From positions 132,944-196,943 of the forward strand of contig JAQUSN010000002.1 in NCBI GenBank assembly GCA_028715115.1: a stretch of DNA of 64,000 nucleotides, read 5' to 3'. The translations under genes and the position numbers were made by a program. The notes under the pieces are model-generated. The model searched no databases and was not told the DNA's origin. It saw only the letters and a list, made by a program, of their open reading frames with translations. The stretch is from Patescibacteria group bacterium (GTDB lineage Bacteria; Patescibacteriota; Patescibacteriia; UBA2591; UBA4787). Shown here in pieces: positions 38,517 through 47,629 of the stretch (positions within the stretch are counted from its first letter, which is position 1; every line of letters begins with the position of its first letter).

Positions 38517-39697
38517 TGATGGCGAACAACATTTAAAAATGCCAGGAATTCATTCGCCCTTGAACTTGAATTAGTTTTTTTCATTAATTGTTGATAAGTA
38601 TTTTTAAAATCACTATATAATTCACAGTTGGCACAGGCGGGATAACTTCGTAGATTTACGGGGTTTGTTTTTTTTCTAAATTCAGCATATTTTACATTAT
38701 TCCAAATTTTAGAAAATTTTTCTTTATGAATGTTTCCCATACGATATTGTCGCCTTTTAGCGTCAAAAGCATCACCTCTGGTATCGTAATATAAATACAT
38801 ACAAGGAAACACAAATCCGTGGGCGTCAACCAGAGAATACATATAACACTTAAAGCAGGGCACAGGGTAATCTAAAAATAAATTTTTAACTCTCAGTCCG
38901 CGTCCATCATAATCTTTTCCCAGTTTTCCCTTTACCAGCATGTCGATAAATGGCGTAATATCCAATCGTTTGTCATTTTTAAAATTTTTAAGGAATTTTT
39001 TAATAAGAGGATAGTCTGATTTTAAGACGTTTAATCTTGGTTCTTCATGAATAGCCTCTATTCTTACTTCGTCTACGCCGAGTTTCTTGGCCAGACCTGA
39101 TAAGTGCGCAAGATCTTTGACATTATCTTTTTGTAAAACAAAATTAATTCTTATTTTAGTCTTATTGCTCGGTTTTTCTTTTCTAGATTTATTTAGTTCT
39201 TTTATAGATTTTATCACTTTATCAAACATGCCCGGTACACCCCTTATTTTATCATGTGTTTCTTTGGTAACGCCATCGACAGAAAAGCAGACATTGGCAT
39301 TATTTTTAACTAAACTTTTAATTATCGCTTTATTAAGATTAGTTCCGTTGGTATATGGAGCGGCCTCTAGGCCTAGAGTAGTGAGATGGTCAATTAATTC
39401 GGTAAAATCTTTTCTTAACGTAGGTTCTCCGCCGGAGAGAACAACGATTTTTGTTCCCATCTTTTTAACCTCAGTAAAAAGATTCTTTAATTCGCTAGTG
39501 GTTAGATCGCTGCCGGATTTTTTATAAGTTGACCATCGCCACCTTTTACACATTTGACAACGAGAATTGCATGTGTTAGTTATTTCAACCTGAAAGAGAA
39601 GGGGACCCAAAAAATTATGCAAATCATTAGATCTATAATGACATCTAAGTTGCTTTATAAAATTAGCATTAACATTTTTTTTAAATTTTATCGTCAT
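38513..39697 (-). CDS. Radical SAM protein with a C-terminal SPASM/twitch-like Cys cluster.
   Basis: CNSRCQMC (CxxxCxxC) and C-terminal CFKC...C...C..C cysteines. Confidence 0.8.
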   Translation of the reverse strand: MTIKFKKNVNANFIKQLRCHYRSNDLHNFLGPLLFQVEITNTCNSRCQMCKRWRWSTYKKSGSDLTTSELKNLFTEVKKMGTKIVVLSGGEPTLRKDFTELIDHLTTLGLEAAPYTNGTNLNKAIIKSLVKNNANVCFSVDGVTKETHDKIRGVPGMFDKVIKSIKELNKSRKEKPSNKTKIRINFVLQKDNVKDLAHLSGLAKKLGVDEVRIEAIHEEPRLNVLKSDYPLIKKFLKNFKNDKRLDITPFIDMLVKGKLGKDYDGRGLRVKNLFLDYPVPCFKCYMYSLVDAHGFVFPCMYLYYDTRGDAFDAKRRQYRMGNIHKEKFSKIWNNVKYAEFRKKTNPVNLRSYPACANCELYSDFKNTYQQLMKKTNSSSRANEFLAFLNVVRHH

Positions 39698-39704
39698 ATA
39701 TTTA

Positions 39705-40507
39705 TTAAAGCTTTTTAATTACAAGTAAAATATGACGGCCAGAACCTAAAATACTTTTTTCGGTACATGTATTTATCTCCAAGTCTATTAAGGCTTGCCA
39801 GTTTTTTTTAGATTTTTTTATTTTTGATAAATTTAATATTTCTATCTCAGAGCTGATGCCAGGAATAGTGGCCGTTTCTAATATTTTACAATTTAGTTTC
39901 GTAAAAAGATTAGTAAATTCATTAACGGTAAGTAGGCCTGTTTCAAATCCTTCGTGAAATTCTTTTGCTTTGCCGGTTTTAAATAGCTTTTTAGCACTAG
40001 AGATATCATCGTTCATTATATAGGCCCTTAGAAACCCCAGCTTACTATCAGCGCTAACGATCAATTTTCCATTGCGTTTTGTTACTCTAATCAACTCTTT
40101 TGCAGCGATACGCCTTTTTTCTAATGTATAAGAGATAGAATCTCCTAGACAGATAACAAAGTCAAAAGTATTATTTTTAAAACGACTTAAGTCAACAATG
40201 TCTCCTAACTCAAGCTGCACCTTTTTTAGTAAATGATTTTTTGTTATATTTTTTTCGCGATTGTTAGGCACTTATCAGAGATATCGAACAATATCACGTT
40301 TAAATTTTTTTTAGCCATTAAAATCGTATTATAACCCGTCCCACCTCCGGCATCGAGGACTAAACCAGTTTTGGGTATATATTTATTAATAAAATATCTA
40401 GGCAAAATAACCCTAAGAGAGCGGTCGTCTTGTTCGTCTTTATTTTCAGAGCAAGCGTAATTGTTCCAAAATGATTTTACTTTTTGGGGGTTGTATTTTT
40501 TTGGCAT
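39705..40507 (-). pseudogene. Frameshifted class I SAM methyltransferase, paralog of 16691-17527. The reading frame is broken at a T7 (A7 on the coding strand) tract at 40249-40255.
   Basis: Two overlapping ORFs (40244-40507 and 39705-40271) together align along the full length of the intact paralog. Adding one A would restore ...IAKKNITKNH... Confidence 0.6.
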
Positions 40508-40527
40508 AATGCTATAATTAATACTAT

Positions 40528-41412
40528 ATGGAACACCTCAATATATCTGTTATAATTGCGGTTTCCGACGACATTCTCATAAAAGAGTGCGTTGATAGTG
40601 TTGATGAAGACGTGGAAATAGTGATTGCTCTAAATGGAGCTACTTATGAAGTTGAAAAAATAGTAAAAAGTTTGAAAAACGTGAGATATGTCGAATTGCC
40701 GGAAAGAAATATCGGCAAGGCAAATAATTTAGCTATTAGCGCCGCTACGAATCAGCGGCTTATTTTTATGGATTCAGATTGTGTATTTACTCCCGGATCA
40801 ATCAGAAAATTATATTTTGGACTTGATGATTATAAAATAGCTAAGGGCAGAGTTCTATTTAAGCACAAAAATTTTGAGACGCGACTTGTAGCAAAAACCA
40901 GAGAAGTGAACACAACCACCGAACTTACAGCCTTTAAACCATGTCTTGCTATCAGAAAAGATTTAATTAACGATGTTGGTTATATCTTTGATGATGATAT
41001 ACATTTTCGAGAAGATTACGATTTGACCTGCCGTGTATTTGCAAAAAAGATACCTATAAAATTTGTGCCAGAAGCTAGCGTCTACCATACGCCGCTTCCT
41101 GTTTATTATGATTTAAGAAGCTCGTTTCGATATGGTTGCGGCCATCGAATTGGCATAAAAGAAGGTGTCCTTAAGGGATCATTGTTGTGGGGTGGCGATA
41201 AAAGTATTACAAATAGCTTATTATTGGATGCTAAAAGAATTTTTTATTGCCCAAGATATTTATTAAAGATAAAACGAACGAAGGGTGTTTTGGTGAGCCT
41301 GTATTCGATCATCTGGATGGCGAGCTTTACGTTGGGGTATTATTGTCAGGAAATGTTTAAGGTTTTTAAGGTTGAAGCGAAAAAATTATACAGACCTTGC
41401 AAGAATGTCTAG
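40528..41412 (+). CDS. GT2-family glycosyltransferase.
   Basis: GT-A N-terminus (ISVIIAVSDD) and DSD (DxD) motif. Confidence 0.8.
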   Translation: MEHLNISVIIAVSDDILIKECVDSVDEDVEIVIALNGATYEVEKIVKSLKNVRYVELPERNIGKANNLAISAATNQRLIFMDSDCVFTPGSIRKLYFGLDDYKIAKGRVLFKHKNFETRLVAKTREVNTTTELTAFKPCLAIRKDLINDVGYIFDDDIHFREDYDLTCRVFAKKIPIKFVPEASVYHTPLPVYYDLRSSFRYGCGHRIGIKEGVLKGSLLWGGDKSITNSLLLDAKRIFYCPRYLLKIKRTKGVLVSLYSIIWMASFTLGYYCQEMFKVFKVEAKKLYRPCKNV

Positions 41413-42600
41413 CCCCTCTTTAGCTGTTTTTTTATCAATATTTAGAGCAGGGAAGATAGTTAATTTATAAGGTCCACAATCAGAGATAAGAAGCCCATTT
41501 TTCTGGCAGTTTTTAACTATTTTAAGCGCATAATTCTTTTTATTAAATTCTATTCCAATAGCCAGTCCGGCAATTCTAATATTAGCCGGATATTTAAATT
41601 TCATTTCTTTTAATCTTTTAAAGAAATATTTATTCATTTTATCAACATTTTTAAATAATTGTTTTTTGTTATTTAAAATTATTTTTATATTTTTTAAGGC
41701 TAAATATACGCTCAAAGGGTGCCAACCAAACGTTGAGTAATAGCCGGTATTAAAATCAGAGACTGACTTAGCGATATTTTTAGTCATAATAGTCGCTCCT
41801 AATGGTCCGTAACCGCCACCGATTGCCTTGGCCATACATAATATATCTGGCTTTAGGTTATAATGCTCTGAAGCAAATAATTTGCCGGTTCTGCCAAAGC
41901 CGGTGGCGACTTCGTCGGCAATAAACAGGGTACCATATTTTTTACAAGCTTTTTGTACTATTTTATAGAATTCTTTTTCGGGAATCTCGACGCCTAAGTT
42001 CATGATGATTGGCTCAGAAATAAATGCGGCTACGTCTCTTTTTTTTAGTAATTTTTCGATTTGCTTTCCGGCCTTAGCGTTTAGGGGAGGGCTAATTTTA
42101 TAGCATTGCGGCATAAGATTTTTGTAGTACTTTCTAAATTTTGACGATCCAACACTCATAGCACCGATAGAATGTCCGTGATAAGCTCCTTCGATAGATA
42201 TAAATTTTTTTCTTTTTGTATAGGTCATGGCCGCTTGTATGGCAATTTCTACTGCTTCGGTTCCTCCGGTACAGCGAAAAGTTTTTACTAATTTTCCCGG
42301 TGTTATTTTAGCTAAAATTTCTGCTAGTTCAATCCAAGGTTTGTATAAATAATAAGGATTAACATAAAATGGCTCTTTAAATTTTTTAACCGCCTTTAAA
42401 ATTTCTTTTTTATTCCACCCAATATTACCGACGCACCAACCCATTAAAAAGTCTATATATTTTTTATGATTTTTATCATATAAAAAAGAATCCTCTGATT
42501 TAATAATTTCAAGAGGATTTAGAGGAGAGACTCTTCCCAAATATAGGCTATCCTTGCGTATTAAAGCCCCAGAGTTCATATGTGGATAATTATAGCACAA
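41386..42600 (-). CDS. Class III PLP-dependent aminotransferase.
   Basis: FIADEVATGFGRTG and the Lys region (CMAKAIGGG). Confidence 0.85.
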   Translation of the reverse strand: MCYNYPHMNSGALIRKDSLYLGRVSPLNPLEIIKSEDSFLYDKNHKKYIDFLMGWCVGNIGWNKKEILKAVKKFKEPFYVNPYYLYKPWIELAEILAKITPGKLVKTFRCTGGTEAVEIAIQAAMTYTKRKKFISIEGAYHGHSIGAMSVGSSKFRKYYKNLMPQCYKISPPLNAKAGKQIEKLLKKRDVAAFISEPIIMNLGVEIPEKEFYKIVQKACKKYGTLFIADEVATGFGRTGKLFASEHYNLKPDILCMAKAIGGGYGPLGATIMTKNIAKSVSDFNTGYYSTFGWHPLSVYLALKNIKIILNNKKQLFKNVDKMNKYFFKRLKEMKFKYPANIRIAGLAIGIEFNKKNYALKIVKNCQKNGLLISDCGPYKLTIFPALNIDKKTAKEGLDILARSV

Positions 42601-42668
42601 TCTTTCATTTTTGCAATAGAAGGGGTATAATCATAATATATTATATTTAAGATGTTTTAAAATATGTT

Positions 42669-43550
42669 ATGACTAAGAAGATATTAATCGTGGTTTTGAT
42701 TTTATTTGCCGTTGGGGTTGCTTTTACGATTTTAACTAGGTATTTTGCCGTTCCTAAGCAAAATGATAGTGTGGTTGTCGGCGGAGATCGCGACGCTCAT
42801 GGCTGTATTGGTTCGGCTGGTTATTCTTGGTGCGAGGTAAAACAAAAATGTCTTCGCCCGTTCGAAGAATTTTGCGCTGATAAAATGACCGAAATGCTGG
42901 GTGGCGCTGAAGAAACCTCGAATATCAAATTTACTTTACGAGGTGAAGAAAATTTTAATTGGCTGGTCAAAGATGAAAATGTTTGGGCAACCGAAACGCT
43001 AAGTGGCTTGGTATATCAAGCTCAAGGAGTGAAAATGACTGATTATAATAAAATCGAAAAATTTATCGATGACAATTATAAAGTTGATAATAATAACGCG
43101 GCTGATGGTGTGGGCGCCGGCCAACGCGGCTTTATTATGGATTATTCAGTTTGTTTATTAAGTTTTCGGGCCGGGCAGATAAAACAAATCATAAATGCGC
43201 CAAGCGAACCGATAATGGATGATTTAAACGTGACGATTACTTGCGGCTATTTTAATCCTAATAACGCGACAGGAATTTCTATTGGCCAACAAGTGCAGCA
43301 GATTTTAGCCGCTAAATACAAAAAATTTGCAGCTGATGTAGCGATTAGCGTAGTTAGATTTACTGATTCATACGCGGCTGGCGGTGTGACCTTTTCGCAA
43401 ACCAACGGAGAGGGCGGACTTTTCCTGGCTATGAAAAAAGACGGAGCGTGGCAAGTGGTTTATGATGGCAACGGCAGCATTGATTGCCAAAAAATGAGAC
43501 AAGAATATGGTTTTCCGGATCAGATTCTTAAGCCAAACTTTTGCGATTAA
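42669..43550 (+). CDS. Hypothetical secreted or membrane-anchored protein.
   Basis: N-terminal TM or signal sequence; Cys pairs. Confidence 0.5.
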   Translation: MTKKILIVVLILFAVGVAFTILTRYFAVPKQNDSVVVGGDRDAHGCIGSAGYSWCEVKQKCLRPFEEFCADKMTEMLGGAEETSNIKFTLRGEENFNWLVKDENVWATETLSGLVYQAQGVKMTDYNKIEKFIDDNYKVDNNNAADGVGAGQRGFIMDYSVCLLSFRAGQIKQIINAPSEPIMDDLNVTITCGYFNPNNATGISIGQQVQQILAAKYKKFAADVAISVVRFTDSYAAGGVTFSQTNGEGGLFLAMKKDGAWQVVYDGNGSIDCQKMRQEYGFPDQILKPNFCD

Positions 43551-43592
43551 AATTCATAAAATATCAATATTTTTAAGTTAAAATAGGGGAGT

Positions 43593-44213
43593 ATGAAAAG
43601 GTCAAGCGTCATCTTCATAATCGCTGCTTTATTAATATTAGTCGCGTCATTTGCCTTGTTGTTTTGGAATTCAAAGAGCACTATAGTCCAATGCACCATG
43701 GAAGCAAAATTATGCCCGGATGGTTCTTATGTTGGACGAATCGGGCCGAATTGCGAATTCGAACCGTGTCCTGATGAAAACAACCCCGATGATTTATGGA
43801 AGACGACCACGGATAGTGCTACGGGTATAACTTTTAAATATCCGGAAGCTTTATTGACTCAGTATATAGGTGTAGTAGATTGGCCGCCGAAAATCCAAGT
43901 AGTAAATGAATCATTTTCTTGCACCGAAGCCGGTAATGAAATTATGTCAGGCGGTTTAACACAAAAAAGAATAGTTGATAACCGTACTTATTGCGTGACC
44001 AAAGAAAGCGGAGCTGCAGCTGGCACGACCTATACTAATTATGCTTATGCATTTGCGCATAATAAGCAAACCATAATTTTAACTTTTAGTTTACGCGCCC
44101 CCAATTGCGATAATTACGAAGATCCGCAAAAAACCGCCTGCAAAAACGAGCAACAAGCTTTTGATTTAGATAGTTTAATCGATCGCATCGCTTTAAGCAT
44201 GGAATTTAAATAA
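43593..44213 (+). CDS. Hypothetical secreted or membrane-anchored protein.
   Basis: N-terminal TM; Cys-rich N-terminal region. Confidence 0.5.
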   Translation: MKRSSVIFIIAALLILVASFALLFWNSKSTIVQCTMEAKLCPDGSYVGRIGPNCEFEPCPDENNPDDLWKTTTDSATGITFKYPEALLTQYIGVVDWPPKIQVVNESFSCTEAGNEIMSGGLTQKRIVDNRTYCVTKESGAAAGTTYTNYAYAFAHNKQTIILTFSLRAPNCDNYEDPQKTACKNEQQAFDLDSLIDRIALSMEFK

Positions 44214-44214
44214 T

Positions 44215-44853
44215 ATGAAAACAAAACTCAGTAATTTAATTTTTATCATCATTATTCTCGCTTCTATTGTGGTGGGCGTGTGGGCATATTCGCGACTGCC
44301 GAGCGTTATTGCCACGCACTGGAACGCGGCCGGCCAGGTAGATGGTTATATGAGTAAGTTTTGGGGAATATTTTTAACCCCGATAATAATGATATTCATG
44401 TTTATTTTGTATTTAGTTATTCCCAAAATAGATCCGTTAAAAACCAATATCGCGTCATTCGGAAAATATTATAATTTATTTTGGATTTTATTCGAAGTAT
44501 TTCTACTTTATATTTATGTTTTGCAATTAGGTTGGAATTTTGGTTGGCAGTTTAATTTTTCCGTCATGATTATTCCCGCCTTTGCTTTTCTCTGGTATTT
44601 TTTGGGCGCGTTTTTACCCAAAGCAAAACGCAATTGGTTTTTCGGCATTCGCAATCCCTGGACGCTTTCGAGCGACGTAGTTTGGGAAAAGACCCATCGT
44701 TTGGCCGGAGCGTTTTTTAAGGCTGCAGCTCTAATCTCACTTATCGGATTTTTCTTTCCAAGCAGTTCGATTTTTTTCGTGATAATACCGGTTTTAGCAT
44801 TTGCCATCGCCACATTTATTTATTCATATGTGCAATTTAAAAAATTAAAATAA
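44215..44853 (+). CDS. SdpI/YhfL-family membrane protein (DUF1648 plus SdpI-like).
   Basis: GIRNPWTLSSDVVWEKTHRLAG motif and polytopic topology. Confidence 0.6.
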   Translation: MKTKLSNLIFIIIILASIVVGVWAYSRLPSVIATHWNAAGQVDGYMSKFWGIFLTPIIMIFMFILYLVIPKIDPLKTNIASFGKYYNLFWILFEVFLLYIYVLQLGWNFGWQFNFSVMIIPAFAFLWYFLGAFLPKAKRNWFFGIRNPWTLSSDVVWEKTHRLAGAFFKAAALISLIGFFFPSSSIFFVIIPVLAFAIATFIYSYVQFKKLK

Positions 44854-44877
44854 GAACGATATACTTATATAAGAAGC

Positions 44878-44905
44878 AAAAACGAACCGAATTGGTTCGT
44901 TTTTA
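44878..44905 (+). terminator. Intrinsic terminator (aacgaacc / ggttcgtt, then a T-run).
   Basis: Perfect 8-bp stem followed by ttttt. Confidence 0.65.
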
Positions 44906-44964
44906 TATAAGCAAACCCCCCGACCAAACGTCGAGGGGGTGCACGTAAGTGCATTGAACCTCCT

Positions 44965-45174
44965 TTAGCTCTGAAATGTTATCTTGCGCCAGGTTATCCT
45001 GACGAGCGTGACCGGTATCAGAACGGCTATCGTGGCATAGAACCGGAGTCGTTTGAGCGCCTTGTCCATCCATTCGGCAATTACCACCATCAGCCAGATG
45101 ATGAGCTTGCCCAGTTCAGCAGACTCAGCGCTCGACGGTCCGTAGGGATCGGTGGGCGAGAAGTCGTTGTTCAT
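44965..45174 (-). CDS. GC-rich small 2-TM membrane protein (69 aa).
   Basis: ATG with AGGAG 5 nt upstream. It is driven from a palindromic divergent promoter. A GC-rich hairpin terminator lies downstream (44907-44940). GC-rich. Confidence 0.5.
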   Translation of the reverse strand: MNNDFSPTDPYGPSSAESAELGKLIIWLMVVIAEWMDKALKRLRFYATIAVLIPVTLVRITWRKITFQS

Positions 45175-45192
45175 AATAACTCCTATATAATA

Positions 45193-45251
45193 AATATAGC
45201 ATATTTTTTACACTTAGTCAATATTGACAAAAACTAAAAATATGCTATATT
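45193..45251. promoter_or_regulatory. Nested palindrome forming symmetric divergent promoters. The outer 16-bp inverted repeat (aatatagcatattttt / aaaaatatgctatatt) supplies a TATATT -10 on both strands. The central palindrome gtcaatattgac supplies TTGACA (+) and TTGACT (-).
   Basis: Seen directly in the sequence. Spacings are 16 nt (+) and 17 nt (-). Confidence 0.6.
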
Positions 45252-45276
45252 AAAAATAACCTTAAAGGAGGTTCGT

Positions 45277-45654
45277 ATGTTCGAACGTGCAGATTCCGGA
45301 AGCGGTCATCGTTTCCCCGAACCGCCCGAGCCGGCAGAAAACTTCCGCTGGTTCATGGAAGCCAGCCATGCCCACCGCGTCCTACCGATCCGCGTAGTCG
45401 GTGGCCCCCTGAAGTCCCTTAACGGTGACGGGCTCTTGAGCCTTGAGTTCGCTCTGGCCCGCAGAAGCGGCCGCCGGAATGAGCCCATGGTCGCCGAGAT
45501 CCACGTCCTCAGTCACGAGCAGGTTACCGACAGCATGATGTCGGTAATCGGTCCGGTAGTCGCCGTTGACGGTTTGCGAACCGAGTCGCACCGGTCGGCG
45601 ACAATCACCTTCGATCACATCAAGCAGACGGGAACGTTGCGGTTTCTGCAGTAG
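45277..45654 (+). CDS. GC-rich hypothetical soluble protein (125 aa).
   Basis: AAAGGAGG 7 nt before the ATG. A perfect terminator lies downstream. One 60-nt stretch of the ORF counted by hand was 37/60 GC. Confidence 0.55.
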   Translation: MFERADSGSGHRFPEPPEPAENFRWFMEASHAHRVLPIRVVGGPLKSLNGDGLLSLEFALARRSGRRNEPMVAEIHVLSHEQVTDSMMSVIGPVVAVDGLRTESHRSATITFDHIKQTGTLRFLQ

Positions 45655-45669
45655 AGTTCCCGAGCACCC

Positions 45670-45702
45670 GAGCGCCGAGGTCCTCTCGGCGCTCTTCTTT
45701 TT
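45670..45702 (+). terminator. Intrinsic terminator (gagcgccgag / ctcggcgctc, loop gtcct, then a T-run).
   Basis: Perfect 10-bp stem. Confidence 0.7.
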
Positions 45703-45726
45703 ATATATTTTAAAACAAAAAGAGAA

Positions 45727-45754
45727 GGCGAGCCGCAAAGAACTGCGGCTCGCC
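45727..45754 (-). terminator. Perfect 10-bp hairpin (ggcgagccgc / gcggctcgcc) with a T-rich run on the minus-strand side. Candidate terminator of a minus-strand transcript from the 45.76-46.1 kb structured region.
   Basis: Seen directly in the sequence. Confidence 0.4.
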
Positions 45755-45757
45755 ATG

Positions 45758-45960
45758 TAACGGGAGGGCGGACCTGCCCACAAACGGTCGACTTGACTTT
45801 GCTCCCCTTGCCCAAGTCAGTGGTCGACTGTCCGCCTCCTGGCGTACCCCGTGAAGTACATCGATTCAGTCAATCCTGGCACATATTTCCGTCACAGGAC
45901 TCGCAGTAGAGTGACAGAAAAGCGCGGGTCCTTCGTTCACCACGCCCCAAAGGAGGTTAT
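45758..45960. other. GC-rich structured noncoding segment. It holds a long imperfect hairpin (gggagggcggac ... gtccgcctcc enclosing gtcgacttgactt / aagtcagtggtcgac) and further stem-loops. Candidate sRNA or cis element.
   Basis: No ORF has start signals. It contains an orphan AAAGGAGG with no start codon in range. Several long complementary segments. Confidence 0.3.
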
Positions 45961-46213
45961 ACGATATAGGGACAGGATTTAACCGATGTACGGAAGGAAA
46001 CCCATTTAAGGGAAAAGGGACGCCAATAACACCTCCGATTGTGATATAATAGCAGAAAGGTAAAATTTTGTCAAGTCCCAAAGTGGCATTATAAGGTGGT
46101 TTTATTAACATTTAGTCAGAGCTAAACTTGATGATTTGCACATTAATGCTTCCAATTATTTAGTAAAATGGTATTATATATATTATTAGTTTAATCATTA
46201 AAAACATATAATT

Positions 46214-46681
46214 ATGAAAAAGGGCCAGGTCGTTATCTTTTTATTAACAATTATTGTCGCGCTAACCGGCAGTGTTATTACAGATTTAGGTATGAACTGG
46301 TACGGAATGATTAATTTGCCCAATTTTACGCCGCCAGGGGCTATGATTGGTCTTGTTTGGACGCTTATATTTATTTTAGCAATGGTTTCGGCGATGATTA
46401 TCTGGAGAAGAAAAGAATTTAGCAGAATTTATCGCCAACAAATAATGATTTTATTCGGCGTGAATGCATTTTTGAATATTTTTTGGAGTTTTTTATTTTT
46501 CTCTGCGCATAGTTTATATTTTTCTATTTGGGAAGCGGGGCTATTGGGTTTATCAGTATTGGCTCTAATTATATCTATTTGGCCAAAATCCAAGACAGCC
46601 GCCAGCTTATTAATTCCATATTTTCTTTGGGTTAGCTTTGCTACATATTTAACATATTCAGTTTGGTTATTAAATAAATAA
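46214..46681 (+). CDS. tspO: TspO/MBR-family tryptophan-rich sensory protein.
   Basis: Five-TM Trp-rich protein with TspO motifs (LNIFWSFLFF, PYFLWVSFATYL). Confidence 0.8.
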   Translation: MKKGQVVIFLLTIIVALTGSVITDLGMNWYGMINLPNFTPPGAMIGLVWTLIFILAMVSAMIIWRRKEFSRIYRQQIMILFGVNAFLNIFWSFLFFSAHSLYFSIWEAGLLGLSVLALIISIWPKSKTAASLLIPYFLWVSFATYLTYSVWLLNK

Positions 46682-46711
46682 AAAAGATTGAGAACAATCT
46701 TTGTAAATAAA

Positions 46712-46745
46712 GGGCGGGACTCCGGTTAGGGAGCCCCGCTTTTGA
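46712..46745. terminator. Bidirectional terminator between tspO (+) and the GC-rich minus-strand gene (gcgggactcc / ggagccccgc, then tttt).
   Basis: Imperfect GC stem with T-runs on both sides. Confidence 0.5.
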
Positions 46746-46762
46746 AAGCCGAACGGCCGCGA

Positions 46763-47044
46763 TCAGGTTGTGGGCTTGGGGGCGGGGACCACGTGGGCCC
46801 AGAAGTTGCAGCCCAGAGGGTCGCCGATCATGAGTGCATCACCGCGCCCCGGCTTCTTCTCGGAGATCACGAGAAAGCCTGTTCCGTTGGGCGGAGGGGA
46901 GACCCACCTCTGGTTCGTCGGATCGAAGCCGACCATTGCCTCGGAATAGGCCGGGCTTATCTCGTGGGGTTGAGAGGGGATGACGGTGCCGTCAGCGGGG
47001 AAGACAACCGTTCCGCTTACCGGCGTAGTTGCGCCTTCGGTCAC
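46763..47044 (-). CDS. GC-rich hypothetical protein (93 aa).
   Basis: GTG start with AAGGAGG 5 nt upstream. A TTGACA, 16 nt, TATATT promoter on the minus strand. GC-rich. Confidence 0.55.
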   Translation of the reverse strand: MTEGATTPVSGTVVFPADGTVIPSQPHEISPAYSEAMVGFDPTNQRWVSPPPNGTGFLVISEKKPGRGDALMIGDPLGCNFWAHVVPAPKPTT

Positions 47045-47093
47045 GAATACCTCCTTAGGGTAATGAATGTAGGGGACTTACTCGAACATTTAT

Positions 47094-47172
47094 AATATAC
47101 AACTTTTATACATTTTGTCAAGATTACAGGTGAATTTTATTAACTTGACTTTTGACTAAAATCGTTTATAAT
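47094..47172. promoter_or_regulatory. AT-rich divergent promoter region. Minus strand: TTGACA (47116-47121) and TATATT (47094-47099). Plus strand: TTGACT (47145-47150), 16 nt, TATAAT (47167-47172).
   Basis: Seen directly in the sequence. Confidence 0.55.
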
Positions 47173-47197
47173 ATAAAACAACAGGAGGAATTACCGA

Positions 47198-47629
47198 ATG
47201 AAGTCATTGCTAACCGCAATCGTGATCGTGGTGGTAATAATCCTCCCGTCACGACTGGCGGCACAACCCGTTTCCCCGTGGTCCAAGGTCTGTCTGGAGA
47301 GCTCGTCCGACGAATGGAGCAGGTGCGAAAGATACACGCGCCTGATTGATTCGTCAGGATCATGGATTGTCATCAAGAGGACGCTTTCTCGCGATGGGAT
47401 ACTGGTTCTCGACGTTTCCTACCAGGCGAGTACCGACAGTATCAAGTGGGCATGTTATGATGTCTGTGATGATACGGTCAGCGGCACTGGTGACATTGAA
47501 GCGATCCTCGGCGACATCTACGACTACTGGCAGGATGGCGTCTTCGCAGACCTACCGATCGTGGTTCGTGGAGGGGTGTGGTCAATGATCGCCCCCTTCA
47601 AGCTATCGGAGGGCGAGCTTAGTGAGTAG
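47198..47629 (+). CDS. GC-rich secreted protein (143 aa; signal peptide, 4 Cys).
   Basis: AGGAGG 8 nt before the ATG. N-terminal signal peptide (MKSLLTAIVIVVVIILPSRLAAQP). GC-rich. Terminator at 47634-47667. Confidence 0.55.
   Translation: MKSLLTAIVIVVVIILPSRLAAQPVSPWSKVCLESSSDEWSRCERYTRLIDSSGSWIVIKRTLSRDGILVLDVSYQASTDSIKWACYDVCDDTVSGTGDIEAILGDIYDYWQDGVFADLPIVVRGGVWSMIAPFKLSEGELSE

Noticed and set aside
45949-45956. Orphan AAAGGAGG with a 7-codon ORF (MYGRKPI) 27 nt downstream.
   Set aside because: The spacing is too long for initiation. It may be part of a structured RNA (a CCUCC-complementary segment lies nearby).
47440-47560. Possible DGR variable repeat in the 3' end of the GC-rich secreted-protein gene (the tac gac tac tgg ... 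ttc ... gac ... ccg segment partly resembles the TR).
   Set aside because: About nine mismatches fall at non-adenine TR positions. DGR mutagenesis is adenine-specific, so this is chance similarity between GC-rich sequences.
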